Below are positions 26,241-35,110 of a DNA stretch of 64,000 nt, in pieces. The notes beneath the pieces were generated by a model. That model ran no database searches, was not told the DNA's origin, and saw only the letters and a list, made by a program, of their open reading frames with translations. The stretch lies in the IMG/VR virus record IMGVR_UViG_3300037264_006128, positions 1 through 64,000 of that record, one strand, 5' to 3'. Within the stretch, counting starts at the first letter, position 1. Each line of letters starts with the position of its first letter. A program made the position numbers and the translations under genes. The DNA comes from a virus.

Positions 26241-26573
26241 ATGCCTGGCGACGGGAAGCCGATTGGACACGTGAAGTTCTCCAGGTACTCCTGCGATATT
26301 TTTGCCCATAGGTATCGTGGGGGCGGTGGGGTAGCGCTGGAGTTGATCGAACAGGGAACAGGGCAGCCAGTTGCGGTGGCGACCGTGAACATGCCGGAAG
26401 CACCGCGGGAGGGATGTGTGTGGGCGAAGGATTGGATGGAGAACGAAGGGTTGATGGCGGAGATGACCGCCGCGAAGATCTGGGCGCCGACTGGGAGGAC
26501 GGCCCCATCTGGACACGTGCTGGTGTACGAATGCCGGCTGTTGGCGGAGATTCCAGGGGAACAAGAAGGGTAA
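26241..26573 (+). CDS. DUF4313-like protein
   Basis: GQP.A.ATVN.P...KDW.ENEG...PTG....SG.V. Confidence 0.65.
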   Translation: MPGDGKPIGHVKFSRYSCDIFAHRYRGGGGVALELIEQGTGQPVAVATVNMPEAPREGCVWAKDWMENEGLMAEMTAAKIWAPTGRTAPSGHVLVYECRLLAEIPGEQEG

Positions 26574-26620
26574 GAGGAGCAACCAGATTCTGTTAGACGA
26601 AGAGAAAGGAGAACGAAAAG

Positions 26621-26902
26621 ATGCCGAATGACAAGACAGCAACGATGCAGTGCCCGCACTGCGAGGGAAGCGGGATTGCCCCGCTGCCGAAACCGCTCCT
26701 ACAAACCGTGCAGGCGCTGGGAAGCGAATCGCTGGGCATGACGGAGATGATGCACAGGATGAAGATCACCAGCCAGTTGGCGAACTACAGGCTCTCCCGC
26801 CTACTGAAGTTGGGGGTGCTCCAGAAGGTCGCCGTTGACGGAAGACCCAAGTACCGGCTGGCCGTGCGCCGGCCGAAGAGCAAACCAAGAAAGGTGGCGT
26901 AG
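26621..26902 (+). CDS. winged-HTH regulator with N-terminal CxxC
   Basis: MTEMMHRMKITSQLANYRLSRLLKLGVL. Confidence 0.65.
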   Translation: MPNDKTATMQCPHCEGSGIAPLPKPLLQTVQALGSESLGMTEMMHRMKITSQLANYRLSRLLKLGVLQKVAVDGRPKYRLAVRRPKSKPRKVA

Positions 26903-26904
26903 GT

Positions 26905-28218
26905 ATGGCGAACGGAAAACCGACGCAGCAAGACGATCCGCAGAACAAGAAACTGGCGACCGTGCCAGAAGGGGCAGCTGAATTCTCCCTGACGGTTCGC
27001 GGCAACCAGCCGGACCAGATGGTGGTACGGCCCCACAACCTGGACGAACTGCTCGCGAACGCGAAGATGATCGCCTTTTCGAATCTCGTGCCGGAAGCAT
27101 TCAAGGGCAAGCCGGATGATGTCGCCGTGGCTATCCAGATGGGAATGGAAGTGGGATTGCACCCCATGCAGGCAATGCAGTCCATCGCCGTGATCCGTGG
27201 CCGACCGTGCATCTGGGGGGAAGCCGTGAAGGCTTTGGTGCTCTCCAGCGGCCTGTGTGAATACTGGATTGATTCCCCGCCGGATCAGATCCGCGAAACG
27301 GGGGTCGCCACCTGCCGCACGAAACGGCGCGGCTGGCCGGAGGAGTCCGTTTACAGCTTTTCCGTTGACGACGCCAAGATCGCCGGCCTGTGGGGGAAAG
27401 AGGGCCCATGGAAGGCATACCCTGCCCGGATGCTACTCGCCCGCGCACGCGGCTTCCTGGCAAAGGACACGTATCCAGACGTTCTGCGGGGCATGGCGGT
27501 ACGGGAAGAGGTGGATGATCTGCCGGAAGCGGGGCAGTTCGCTGCCGCGGAGGTGATCATCCCGTTGCAGGAGCCGCGGCGGAAGAGTGCGGCCGAAGCC
27601 TCCCGGGAAACCGTCACGGTTCAGCGCGTGGTTCCCGAAGAAGCGATCAATGCGGAGTTTCACGTGAAACACGCCCAGGCCGCCGAAGCGGAGGAAGCCC
27701 CACCGCAGAAGAAGACGGTGCCGCCGAAGAAGCAACCTGAACCGAAGCCCGCCCTGAAAGTTCAGGAGGATCCGCCGCCACCGCCACCAGACGACGACCC
27801 TCAAGGCGAAGACCAGCCGCCATTTGACGCGCCAACCACAACCAAGGCCTCCGTGGAAAAGGCGCAGGCGGCAGAGGCGGAGCTGGGCGAACAGCTGAAC
27901 CTCCTGAAGGGCGCAGCAAAGCCAGCCGCACAACCCGTGGCGCAGGAGGCCAAACGTGCGCCTGCGAAAGCAACCGCCTGGGAGCTGACTACGACGGTGC
28001 AATACGCAGGGAAGCAGATCAAGACCGGCGGGATCAGTGCCATCACCCTGCTAAAAGTGCAGCGCGGGGCAGAGCGGTTCGATGGCATTCACTACCAGGG
28101 CGCGGCGACGGAGGCCCTGGCAACGATGTTCCCGGACGACACCCCGCCGGGGTTTGAATACCTGGGCGAAGACGCAGGGCGGGAATTCTTGCAGTACATG
28201 AAAGAGAACGAGAAGTAG
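26905..28218 (+). CDS. recT: RecT/Redbeta-like single-strand annealing protein
   Basis: GKP.DV.VAIQMG.EVGL.PMQA.Q.IAVI.GRP...GPW..YP.RML.ARA. Confidence 0.85.
   Translation: MANGKPTQQDDPQNKKLATVPEGAAEFSLTVRGNQPDQMVVRPHNLDELLANAKMIAFSNLVPEAFKGKPDDVAVAIQMGMEVGLHPMQAMQSIAVIRGRPCIWGEAVKALVLSSGLCEYWIDSPPDQIRETGVATCRTKRRGWPEESVYSFSVDDAKIAGLWGKEGPWKAYPARMLLARARGFLAKDTYPDVLRGMAVREEVDDLPEAGQFAAAEVIIPLQEPRRKSAAEASRETVTVQRVVPEEAINAEFHVKHAQAAEAEEAPPQKKTVPPKKQPEPKPALKVQEDPPPPPPDDDPQGEDQPPFDAPTTTKASVEKAQAAEAELGEQLNLLKGAAKPAAQPVAQEAKRAPAKATAWELTTTVQYAGKQIKTGGISAITLLKVQRGAERFDGIHYQGAATEALATMFPDDTPPGFEYLGEDAGREFLQYMKENEK
27656..27671. promoter_or_regulatory. parS-like centromere site
   Basis: AGTTTCACGTGAAACA, 15/16 match to TGTTTCACGTGAAACA. 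Confidence 0.75.
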
Positions 28219-28234
28219 CGGTGGGGGTGGGATC

Positions 28235-28834
28235 ATGGAACGGAGCGAGTACCCAAGTGTCACAAAGATCATACGGGGCATGGGCCTCTATAAGGCCATG
28301 CCTACTGGTGGCGTTGCCACGGGGAACATGCAGCGCGGAATGGAGCGCGGAACGCTAGCCCACTCCGTCTGCCAACTGTGGGATCAGGAAGACCTTGACG
28401 AAAGCTCCGTTGACCCCCGCCTTGACCCATACCTGGAAGGATTCAAGCTGTGGAAGCGGGATTACGAGACGGTGCCGATCTGGTGGGAAATCCCCATGTT
28501 CGACGACACGTTGCAAGCAAAGGGGCGGCCGGACACGGGGCAGTGGGTACGTGGGTACAGAACGTTGGTGGACCTGAAAACAGGGGATGGTGGGGCGGAC
28601 CCGGCGCATCCGATCCAGGGGGCGGCGTACAGGCGCATGGTGATGCTCCCGGAAAACCTCTCCGTAAGCCGTATGGTGCAAACAGCGGACATTTACTTCG
28701 GGAATCTCTACCTACTGTCCAACGGGAAGTACCAATACTTCGAATGCTCCCAGGAGGATATTCTTGGGGCAGAACAGAAGTGGCTCGCCGCCGTGCTTCT
28801 CTACCACTTCCGGCTCCAGCACGGCCGCCTCTAA
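28235..28834 (+). CDS. PD-(D/E)XK exonuclease (partner of RecT)
   Basis: PSVT.I...RGT..H...GRPD...VDLKTG...Q..AY. Confidence 0.8.
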   Translation: MERSEYPSVTKIIRGMGLYKAMPTGGVATGNMQRGMERGTLAHSVCQLWDQEDLDESSVDPRLDPYLEGFKLWKRDYETVPIWWEIPMFDDTLQAKGRPDTGQWVRGYRTLVDLKTGDGGADPAHPIQGAAYRRMVMLPENLSVSRMVQTADIYFGNLYLLSNGKYQYFECSQEDILGAEQKWLAAVLLYHFRLQHGRL

Positions 28835-28855
28835 CCCCACCCCTCCTAAGCCCGC

Positions 28856-28880
28856 AGTACGCCAGCTGCCAGGCTTACTG
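28856..28880 (+). repeat. AGTACG-N12-CTTACTG site (rightmost copy)
   Basis: intergenic. Confidence 0.85.
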
Positions 28881-28951
28881 AGGAGTTTTGAGAATCTTGA
28901 TCCGGCCGTTCTGGCGTGCGGCCGGATCGCAACCGAAAGGAATGGTGAACG

Positions 28952-29719
28952 ATGGCATCGAGGGCGTTAGCGTTTGAAGAGGAAGATTTTCAGTACCAAA
29001 CGTTGCAGGGCGAATCGGGCGCGCTGCCGAACGAACTGCAGGTGGAACTGCAGGAATTTGCGGCTGGTTCCGATCTGCCGGTAACCACGGACGAGGAATT
29101 CGTTGTGGCGGCGCAATATCTGCGGGATGAAGTTGCCCCACGAATCCGGGCGGTGAAGGCATTCTTCAAGCCCATGAAGGAATCTGCTGCCAAGGCGCAT
29201 GCGGCGATCTGCACCCAGGAACATCGGGTACTGGACAAGATCGTGAACATTGGGGATTTGGTGAAGAAACGGCTGAACGATTACGACAACGCGAAGCGGG
29301 AAGCGGCCGAACAGTTGGCCCGGGCGGCGCGGGAGGAAGCACAGCGGCAAGCTGCGGAACAGCGGTTGACGGAAGTGCAGAAGAAGCTGGACGAAGGGGA
29401 CGATGAAGCTGCGGAAAGGTTACTGCAGGCGAACGTGGTACCCAAGATTGCCGTTCCGGTTGTGGCGCCCACGGCACCGGCAGTGAAGGGGATCACGCGG
29501 CAATCCCGTTGGGTTGGCGAAGTGGTGGACCCGGTGGCGTTTGTTCGCTGGATTGCCAGCGGTACGGACGAAGAAGTGCGGCACCGCCTGCACTTCGTGG
29601 AAATCTCCCAGGCCGAACTGAACCGCCTGGCCGCTGCGCAGCGTGGCACCATGCAGGTTCCCGGCGTGGTGGCGAAAGAAGTTTCCAACATGATCACCCG
29701 CGGCAAGGCGGGGGCATGA
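28952..29719 (+). CDS. coiled-coil phage recombination-module protein
   Basis: FFKPMK..A..AH..IC; C-terminal VPGV. Confidence 0.75.
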   Translation: MASRALAFEEEDFQYQTLQGESGALPNELQVELQEFAAGSDLPVTTDEEFVVAAQYLRDEVAPRIRAVKAFFKPMKESAAKAHAAICTQEHRVLDKIVNIGDLVKKRLNDYDNAKREAAEQLARAAREEAQRQAAEQRLTEVQKKLDEGDDEAAERLLQANVVPKIAVPVVAPTAPAVKGITRQSRWVGEVVDPVAFVRWIASGTDEEVRHRLHFVEISQAELNRLAAAQRGTMQVPGVVAKEVSNMITRGKAGA

Positions 29720-30198
29720 TGGGGCAATACGAGGAGGTGTTCATGGGGCTGGTTTCAGAAGAGATTCTGTTCGACTTTTCCCAGCGTACGCACGAATGTG
29801 GCGTGCAGTACGTTCAACAGGGGGAACCGGTGCTTCCTGTGGTGGCGCTGTACACGGATGAATCAGGCCCCCTTCCGTTCAAGATCACGGCGCTGGACCC
29901 GGATGATCCGTTGGGGGAACTGGCCGGTTTGGTAGCCAACGACAAGGCTAGGGCGTTCGTTTACATGACGCAGGGTGAGTTGGCAACGATGGCGGGGGAA
30001 CCGGCAGGTGATGCGATCTTCCTGTTCTTGGTTCACCCCGAACTGATCCACGCCCAACACACGACGTTCTGCGGCTACGGCCCGAAAGCGGCCTTCCAGG
30101 TGCCTACTGTATGGGTAAAGCCGGCAAACCTACTGGGGGCCCTGCGGGAAATCGTGATCGGGATGGGGATCAGCCCTGAACTGGCGGTGAGGCAGTAA
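29716..30198 (+). CDS. hypothetical protein
   Basis: ATGA overlap. Confidence 0.65.
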   Translation: MMGQYEEVFMGLVSEEILFDFSQRTHECGVQYVQQGEPVLPVVALYTDESGPLPFKITALDPDDPLGELAGLVANDKARAFVYMTQGELATMAGEPAGDAIFLFLVHPELIHAQHTTFCGYGPKAAFQVPTVWVKPANLLGALREIVIGMGISPELAVRQ

Positions 30199-30224
30199 GA
30201 AAGCGCCAAAAAGGAGAAGGCCAC

Positions 30225-30539
30225 ATGAAGATAACCGCCCTGTGGAAAGCAACGTCAAAGGACGGCACCCGGTACTTGCAGGGGAACCTTGGCCCGGACC
30301 TGAAGATCCTGGTGATGCCGAACCGTAGGAAAACGCACGAGAAGCAGCCGGATTACGATCTACTGCTGGTGGAACGGGTGCCAAGGGAAACGCGGGCACC
30401 ACGGGAACAGGGGCCGGGGCCCGCTGGCTGGCCCGCCAAGGTGACGGAACCGCCCCCATTCGGGGCACCACCACCAGCCGATGAAGCCGGGGTGCCCCCA
30501 GAAGGGGAAGAACCGAACGGCCGCCAGAAGCGATGGTAG
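30225..30539 (+). CDS. DUF736-like / SSB-like protein
   Basis: ALWK..SK.G..YL.G...N..K..EKQPDY. Confidence 0.65.
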   Translation: MKITALWKATSKDGTRYLQGNLGPDLKILVMPNRRKTHEKQPDYDLLLVERVPRETRAPREQGPGPAGWPAKVTEPPPFGAPPPADEAGVPPEGEEPNGRQKRW

Positions 30540-30583
30540 CCCGTTTAAGGCACACGGCACTTCCGGGGGTGCCGCGATAGCCA

Positions 30584-30622
30584 GCGGGGCAGGGAAAGCC
30601 GCTACGGGCTTCCTGCTTCGCT
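30584..30622. terminator. bidirectional terminator-like hairpin at the convergence of the early and late operons
   Basis: AGCGGGGCAGG...CCTGCTTCGCT stem. Confidence 0.6.
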
Positions 30623-30631
30623 TAACGCCGC

Positions 30632-31216
30632 CTACGGTTTGGCCGGGGGTTGGCTATCGCCCGCCCCCTGGCTGGCCGCCCGTTCCGCCCGCCGCTTCCG
30701 CACGTTATCGGCCCGCCATCGGCGTTCATGCTTCAGCACGGCAATCGCCTGATCCTTCAACCCAACCTCGTACATATCGTGGCTTCTGGCCATCTGCGCC
30801 AGGATGTATTCTTCGTGCTTCCGATCCTCTGCCACTACCGCCGATTCCAGGCTGATTCGCGGGGGTTCCCCGCCCATGAAATCATCCTGCAGCTTCACGA
30901 ACCGTTCCCGCCGCAAAGCCCACCCCGAACGTTTCTTTTCCCAGCCCCACACTTCGATCAACCACCCACATTCCATCAGCTGGTACAGCGCGGGGCTGTT
31001 CCGTACCTTTTCGATCCGTTCCGCAACGTGATCGCCCGTGGTGGCCTGAATCCCCATCGTGGCGTGCAGGCGCGGGTTGATCGCCACGATATCCAGGATC
31101 CCGTACAGATCGTGCCGCGTGCGGGAAAACGGGTTCCACCGCTCCGCCACAGCCGGCCACCACCCACGCTTGCGCAGGTAATCCATCGAACGGGCAGTGG
31201 GCGAAGGGGCAGCCAT
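30632..31216 (-). CDS. PD-(D/E)XK nuclease, Holliday junction resolvase-like
   Basis: SPT.RS..YLR..GW....E.WN.....R.DL.GI.DI.A...IQ.T. Confidence 0.7.
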   Translation of the reverse strand: MAAPSPTARSMDYLRKRGWWPAVAERWNPFSRTRHDLYGILDIVAINPRLHATMGIQATTGDHVAERIEKVRNSPALYQLMECGWLIEVWGWEKKRSGWALRRERFVKLQDDFMGGEPPRISLESAVVAEDRKHEEYILAQMARSHDMYEVGLKDQAIAVLKHERRWRADNVRKRRAERAASQGAGDSQPPAKP

Positions 31217-31893
31217 CAGCCCATTGTGGGAACTGACGGCCCCGGGGTTGGCGTAGTCAGCACCAGATCAAGCCCTTCCAGGCATCCGCCAACAACTTGC
31301 TGCAGAACCACGTAGTACATCGCCTCCGTGTCCACCCACCCTTGCTTGACGATCAGCGCCTTCGCCGCAGCCAAGGCTGGCCCCAGGTACTTCTCCCAGT
31401 TTTCCAATACCGCCATGATGTCGTCTGTCACGCCGGCACGAATGGCCCCGGGATGATAGCCCACCGCCGCCCGCGGGCCCAGCACTTGTACGATCGTCTT
31501 CAGCACCTGCCGGATCTGCTTCGCTTCTTCCGGGTACTTCACCGCCGTTGCGGTGCAGCTGGCCTTACCATTCGCCCGGATCGCTTCCAGGGATGTGGTT
31601 TGCGTCGGCGTCGAAGGCTCCGAAGTCATAAACCCACAACCCGCCGCGGCAAGAACGGCCAAGACCGCCACCGCCTTTCCGATCTTCGTGGAACCGAACA
31701 CGATCCGGTGAAGCAGTTCCAGCGGCCAGGCGTACCAGGGGACGTACAGTTCGACGAAAGCTTTCGTCGGGTAAGGCCCACTTGCGTTGACTCTCGGATC
31801 GATCACGACGCGCCCGCGCAACCACCACCGGCACAGGATCGGATGCCTGCCTACCGCAACTTTGTTCCGCCCGATACTGCTCTCGCTATCCAT
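31216..31893 (-). CDS. membrane or lipoprotein-like protein (possible spanin component)
   Basis: internal AVAVLAVLAAAG-C lipobox-like segment; TPTP tail. Confidence 0.55.
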   Translation of the reverse strand: MDSESSIGRNKVAVGRHPILCRWWLRGRVVIDPRVNASGPYPTKAFVELYVPWYAWPLELLHRIVFGSTKIGKAVAVLAVLAAAGCGFMTSEPSTPTQTTSLEAIRANGKASCTATAVKYPEEAKQIRQVLKTIVQVLGPRAAVGYHPGAIRAGVTDDIMAVLENWEKYLGPALAAAKALIVKQGWVDTEAMYYVVLQQVVGGCLEGLDLVLTTPTPGPSVPTMG

Positions 31894-32437
31894 GATTTGC
31901 TCCTCCTTTGCGTTTCGCGCTTCCGCCTTTTCGTTTCAACCCCGATGGGGAACGTTTCACGTTTCCCCGGTTTCGTTTCACCGAAGCCCCTTTTCGTTTC
32001 ACCTGGGGCCATTTCGGCAACGGTAGCCTCCGTGCCCAGTTCGAAGAAATCGCATCCACAGCGTGTTCCACTTCCCGCTTCGCCTGTCGCCAGAAACAGT
32101 CATATTCGACTTGACTGATCGCCTTGCAGGCCGGAAGATCCACCCGGGTCACGTCCGCAAGGCGCCGCAAGTGACAATGGGCAAGCTCGTGTACAACTAT
32201 TTCGCGTTGTTCGTACGGCGGTAGGCCGCGGAACCCTGCGCCCAAGCGAATGGTGGCCTTCTTGCGGCCTTCAACTGGGGACACCTTCCCCCATGTGATA
32301 TCACCGTCTTCGTTCGGTTCTTCAGCTGACGGTTCGTGGCTCAGGTCTAGGTGCCAGTCCCGCAGGCCCATCATATCTGCGATCGCTCTCAGATACTCGC
32401 CCAGCGCGTGCCATTCGGCCTTGTTCATGTGGCTCAC
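31886..32437 (-). CDS. HExxH metallopeptidase-like protein with basic repeat tail
   Basis: VVHELAHCH. Confidence 0.7.
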   Translation of the reverse strand: MSHMNKAEWHALGEYLRAIADMMGLRDWHLDLSHEPSAEEPNEDGDITWGKVSPVEGRKKATIRLGAGFRGLPPYEQREIVVHELAHCHLRRLADVTRVDLPACKAISQVEYDCFWRQAKREVEHAVDAISSNWARRLPLPKWPQVKRKGASVKRNRGNVKRSPSGLKRKGGSAKRKGGANHG

Positions 32438-32610
32438 GTCACCAAAATTACCGCACGGTAGTCACAGTAGAACAGGCGGTCGTTGTTTGCCGCGAGCAGT
32501 GTGACGGTATCCCGATCGAACTCAATCACCCGGACTGCAACTGGCATCCCGCCCAGAACAACCTGAACCACGTTCCCTTCCGCCATGATTGCCGCCAGGA
32601 TCTTTTCCAT
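32434..32610 (-). CDS. small hypothetical protein
   Basis: coupled overlaps at both ends. Confidence 0.55.
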   Translation of the reverse strand: MEKILAAIMAEGNVVQVVLGGMPVAVRVIEFDRDTVTLLAANNDRLFYCDYRAVILVT

Positions 32611-33146
32611 CACCGCCCATCGCCCAGCGCCTTTTCGATCAGCGCCCGGGTTGCCGGATCCGCCGCCCCCAGTGCTTCCACCGCACGCCGCGTTTCCGTT
32701 GCCTTGTCTGCGTCCGTCATTGCACGCACGGTTGCCAGGGCTTCGCTGTAGATGGCACGGATATCGGCGGGGGACAGGTTCCCCGCAGCGGATTGTTCGC
32801 AAGCTGCGTAGAGCGTCGTTCGAAGTACGAGTACAACTTGTGTGCGCCCCGCCAGTTCCACAACGCGCGCCGTCAATTCGGGGGTAAGGCTGCCGGTTGC
32901 ACCTGCGTAGTTGGCGGTCAGTAAAAGCTTGGCCGTTTGTTCGACAGCAACATCCGGGCTTGGCTCAGAGCAGATCGCCCGATGTTCGCCAGCTGGTAGG
33001 ATGAACGCGCCGCGCCGCGTGGCGTCGTAGTTGGCCCAGTAGGCGCTGCGCGCACCCCCCTTGATTTCCTTGATCCCCGCCGGGGCGGTCAGCATGGAAC
33101 AGCCAGCGGGAAGAAGGAGCAGTAGGCCGGCTATCGCCTGGCGCAT
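32610..33146 (-). CDS. lipoprotein
   Basis: MRQAIAGLLLLLPAG-C lipobox. Confidence 0.75.
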   Translation of the reverse strand: MRQAIAGLLLLLPAGCSMLTAPAGIKEIKGGARSAYWANYDATRRGAFILPAGEHRAICSEPSPDVAVEQTAKLLLTANYAGATGSLTPELTARVVELAGRTQVVLVLRTTLYAACEQSAAGNLSPADIRAIYSEALATVRAMTDADKATETRRAVEALGAADPATRALIEKALGDGR

Positions 33147-33346
33147 CCCTTCGCCTTCGCTGCCGCAGGCTTTGCCTTCGCCTTCGCCACAACAGGCGCG
33201 ATCACGTTGGCCTGGACTTGCAGAACTTTCCCAAGCAGATCACCGAGGATGTGCTGCCACATCTTCTTGTCGCGAAGCAAGGCCAGCTTCTCCTTCGACT
33301 CCATCTCGATCGCAATCGTCAACTTACGCATCTGCACAACCTTCAT
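33131..33346 (-). CDS. small basic hypothetical protein
   Basis: AAGGGAG RBS. Confidence 0.6.
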   Translation of the reverse strand: MKVVQMRKLTIAIEMESKEKLALLRDKKMWQHILGDLLGKVLQVQANVIAPVVAKAKAKPAAAKAKGCARR

Positions 33347-33364
33347 CCGATTTCTCCCTTTCTG

Positions 33365-33928
33365 TCAGTTGATCCAGAGCGACGTAGGATCGTATTCCGC
33401 ACGCCGCAACCATCCATCCAGGAAAACCGCCTGGCCCGGGTTACGCTTCACAACTTCCCTGTGGTACTTCGCTTGCAGGTGGGATAATCCGTCGATGACA
33501 AGAGGATACCCCTTGATCTCGTCGGCCCGATTCGCGGTGAACGGTCCCAATATGGAATCGATCTTTAGCGCCGCCCCCTGGCCGTGTTCAGCCTGGTAGG
33601 CCATGTTCAGGGCTTTCTGGAGGAACTGGATAGCCTTGGGCCCCATCAACACCACTTGATCGAACACCTTACAAGCAATCGTAGCAGGCCCCCGCCCGGT
33701 AAGCCGCCATAATCCGTTTTTCTGCCACACGTTGCCGTAATACAACTCCAGCGCATCGGCTAGCGTCAGCTTCGCCGGGTCGGCATCGTCGCCATGCCCG
33801 CATTCCCGCAGGAAGCGTTGCGTGATGCCGTACTTCGTGCGCCCGCCAGCATCGGCGGGGTGATCCGTGAACCCTTCGCCTTCCCACTGCAACGTGCCGG
33901 TGACGGCACGAAGAAAGTCAAGCGTCAT
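33365..33928 (-). CDS. endolysin, glycosyl hydrolase family 108 with PG-binding domain
   Basis: EG.GF.DHP.D.GG.TKYGIT; F..GWLRR. Confidence 0.9.
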   Translation of the reverse strand: MTLDFLRAVTGTLQWEGEGFTDHPADAGGRTKYGITQRFLRECGHGDDADPAKLTLADALELYYGNVWQKNGLWRLTGRGPATIACKVFDQVVLMGPKAIQFLQKALNMAYQAEHGQGAALKIDSILGPFTANRADEIKGYPLVIDGLSHLQAKYHREVVKRNPGQAVFLDGWLRRAEYDPTSLWIN

Positions 33929-34439
33929 CCTCTTCCACTGGATCCTTCAACATCGGCCACAACTGCAACAGCTGTTCCGGCGTGGTTTCCATCGGGATGT
34001 CCACCTGCCCGATCCTGTGAACCTTCACTTCGACGGGGCCTTGGATCAGTTCTTCCAGGTCCTTCTCGTGCTTTTCCTGTTCCGCGATCTCAGCTTCGTA
34101 CAGCTTCTTCAGTTCCCCTTCGCGGCGTTCGAATTCCGCACGGTTGTCCCGGATCTGGAACATCTCCCGCCCATTCGGCAGCGTCTGCACGATCGGGTTC
34201 CCCCGCTCATCCTTGTCCGACATTTCCACCAACAGGGCATTCCGCGCGTCGGAATACTTCGAAAACCCCGGCAGGGGCTTCAAGGCATCCGTGATGCTTT
34301 CCACTTCATTCCGCAATCGCCGCGCGTTGATCGCCACTGCGTAAGAAAAGGTGCCGCCCCTGGGCAACCGTTTCTGCATCAGCCCGCGGTAGAACTCCAT
34401 CACGTCTCGTCGCTTCAGAAGCATTCGTTCCCCCTTCAC
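33918..34439 (-). CDS. helical late-gene protein (DUF1617-like)
   Basis: FSYAVA.N...L..E...; D.DE.G.P. Confidence 0.65.
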   Translation of the reverse strand: MKGERMLLKRRDVMEFYRGLMQKRLPRGGTFSYAVAINARRLRNEVESITDALKPLPGFSKYSDARNALLVEMSDKDERGNPIVQTLPNGREMFQIRDNRAEFERREGELKKLYEAEIAEQEKHEKDLEELIQGPVEVKVHRIGQVDIPMETTPEQLLQLWPMLKDPVEEDDA

Positions 34440-34522
34440 TTGCGGATTGCCAATGCGAGCGGTCTTACCACCGCTGGCTGTCGCCTGTCAATGCCCAGGC
34501 GGTAAATTCGCTTCTAATGGGA

Positions 34523-35110
34523 TCACGGGTAATTGGCCAGGTTCGTCACGCACGCCGTGTATTCGGCCGTCAGCTGCCCCCCGCCCACCCACGTTGATTC
34601 CATCGTCAGGCGGTTGTACTGCACGGCCTGCCCGCGCGGCAATACGCAATGCTGCCCAGCAGCGCAGTTCGGATCCCCCACGCAGCACGTTGCCGGCGAA
34701 CCGCTGCACTTCCCCACGATCGCGTGGGTGCCCGATGAAAACACGACCGTGAACGGGTTGCTGTTTGGGTCAACGCTGGTTTCTGCGAGCACTTCGCATT
34801 CGTTGCTGGCTATCTTTTCCCAGTACCGCAGCTCCGTCCAATCATTCGGGTCCACCATCGCCCCCGTCAACCCCAACGCCGTGCAGTTCGGATCTTGCAC
34901 GCCAACCCCATCGCACAGGGTAAGCTGCAAGGCCCCGGTGCTTTGCTCGTTCACAGAAAGCGTGCAGGTGGGGGCCGTGATTCCTTCGGCAGCAGGCAGT
35001 AAGCCGAAAAGGCGGGCCCCAAAAAACAGCGCTACCATCACAGCCAGCCAGAAGCCGAAGGTGACTAAGGCGGGCAGAATGTTGCCCTCAAAATCCCAAT
35101 TCTTCTTCAT
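34523..35110 (-). CDS. membrane-anchored or exported Cys-rich protein
   Basis: N-terminal TM helix, 11 Cys, repeated DPN. Confidence 0.7.
   Translation of the reverse strand: MKKNWDFEGNILPALVTFGFWLAVMVALFFGARLFGLLPAAEGITAPTCTLSVNEQSTGALQLTLCDGVGVQDPNCTALGLTGAMVDPNDWTELRYWEKIASNECEVLAETSVDPNSNPFTVVFSSGTHAIVGKCSGSPATCCVGDPNCAAGQHCVLPRGQAVQYNRLTMESTWVGGGQLTAEYTACVTNLANYP

Noticed and set aside
31910-32005. CGTTTCA repeats as a parS half-site array
   Set aside because: None completes the palindrome; they are explained by VKR/LKR peptide repeats in the basic tail of 31886-32437
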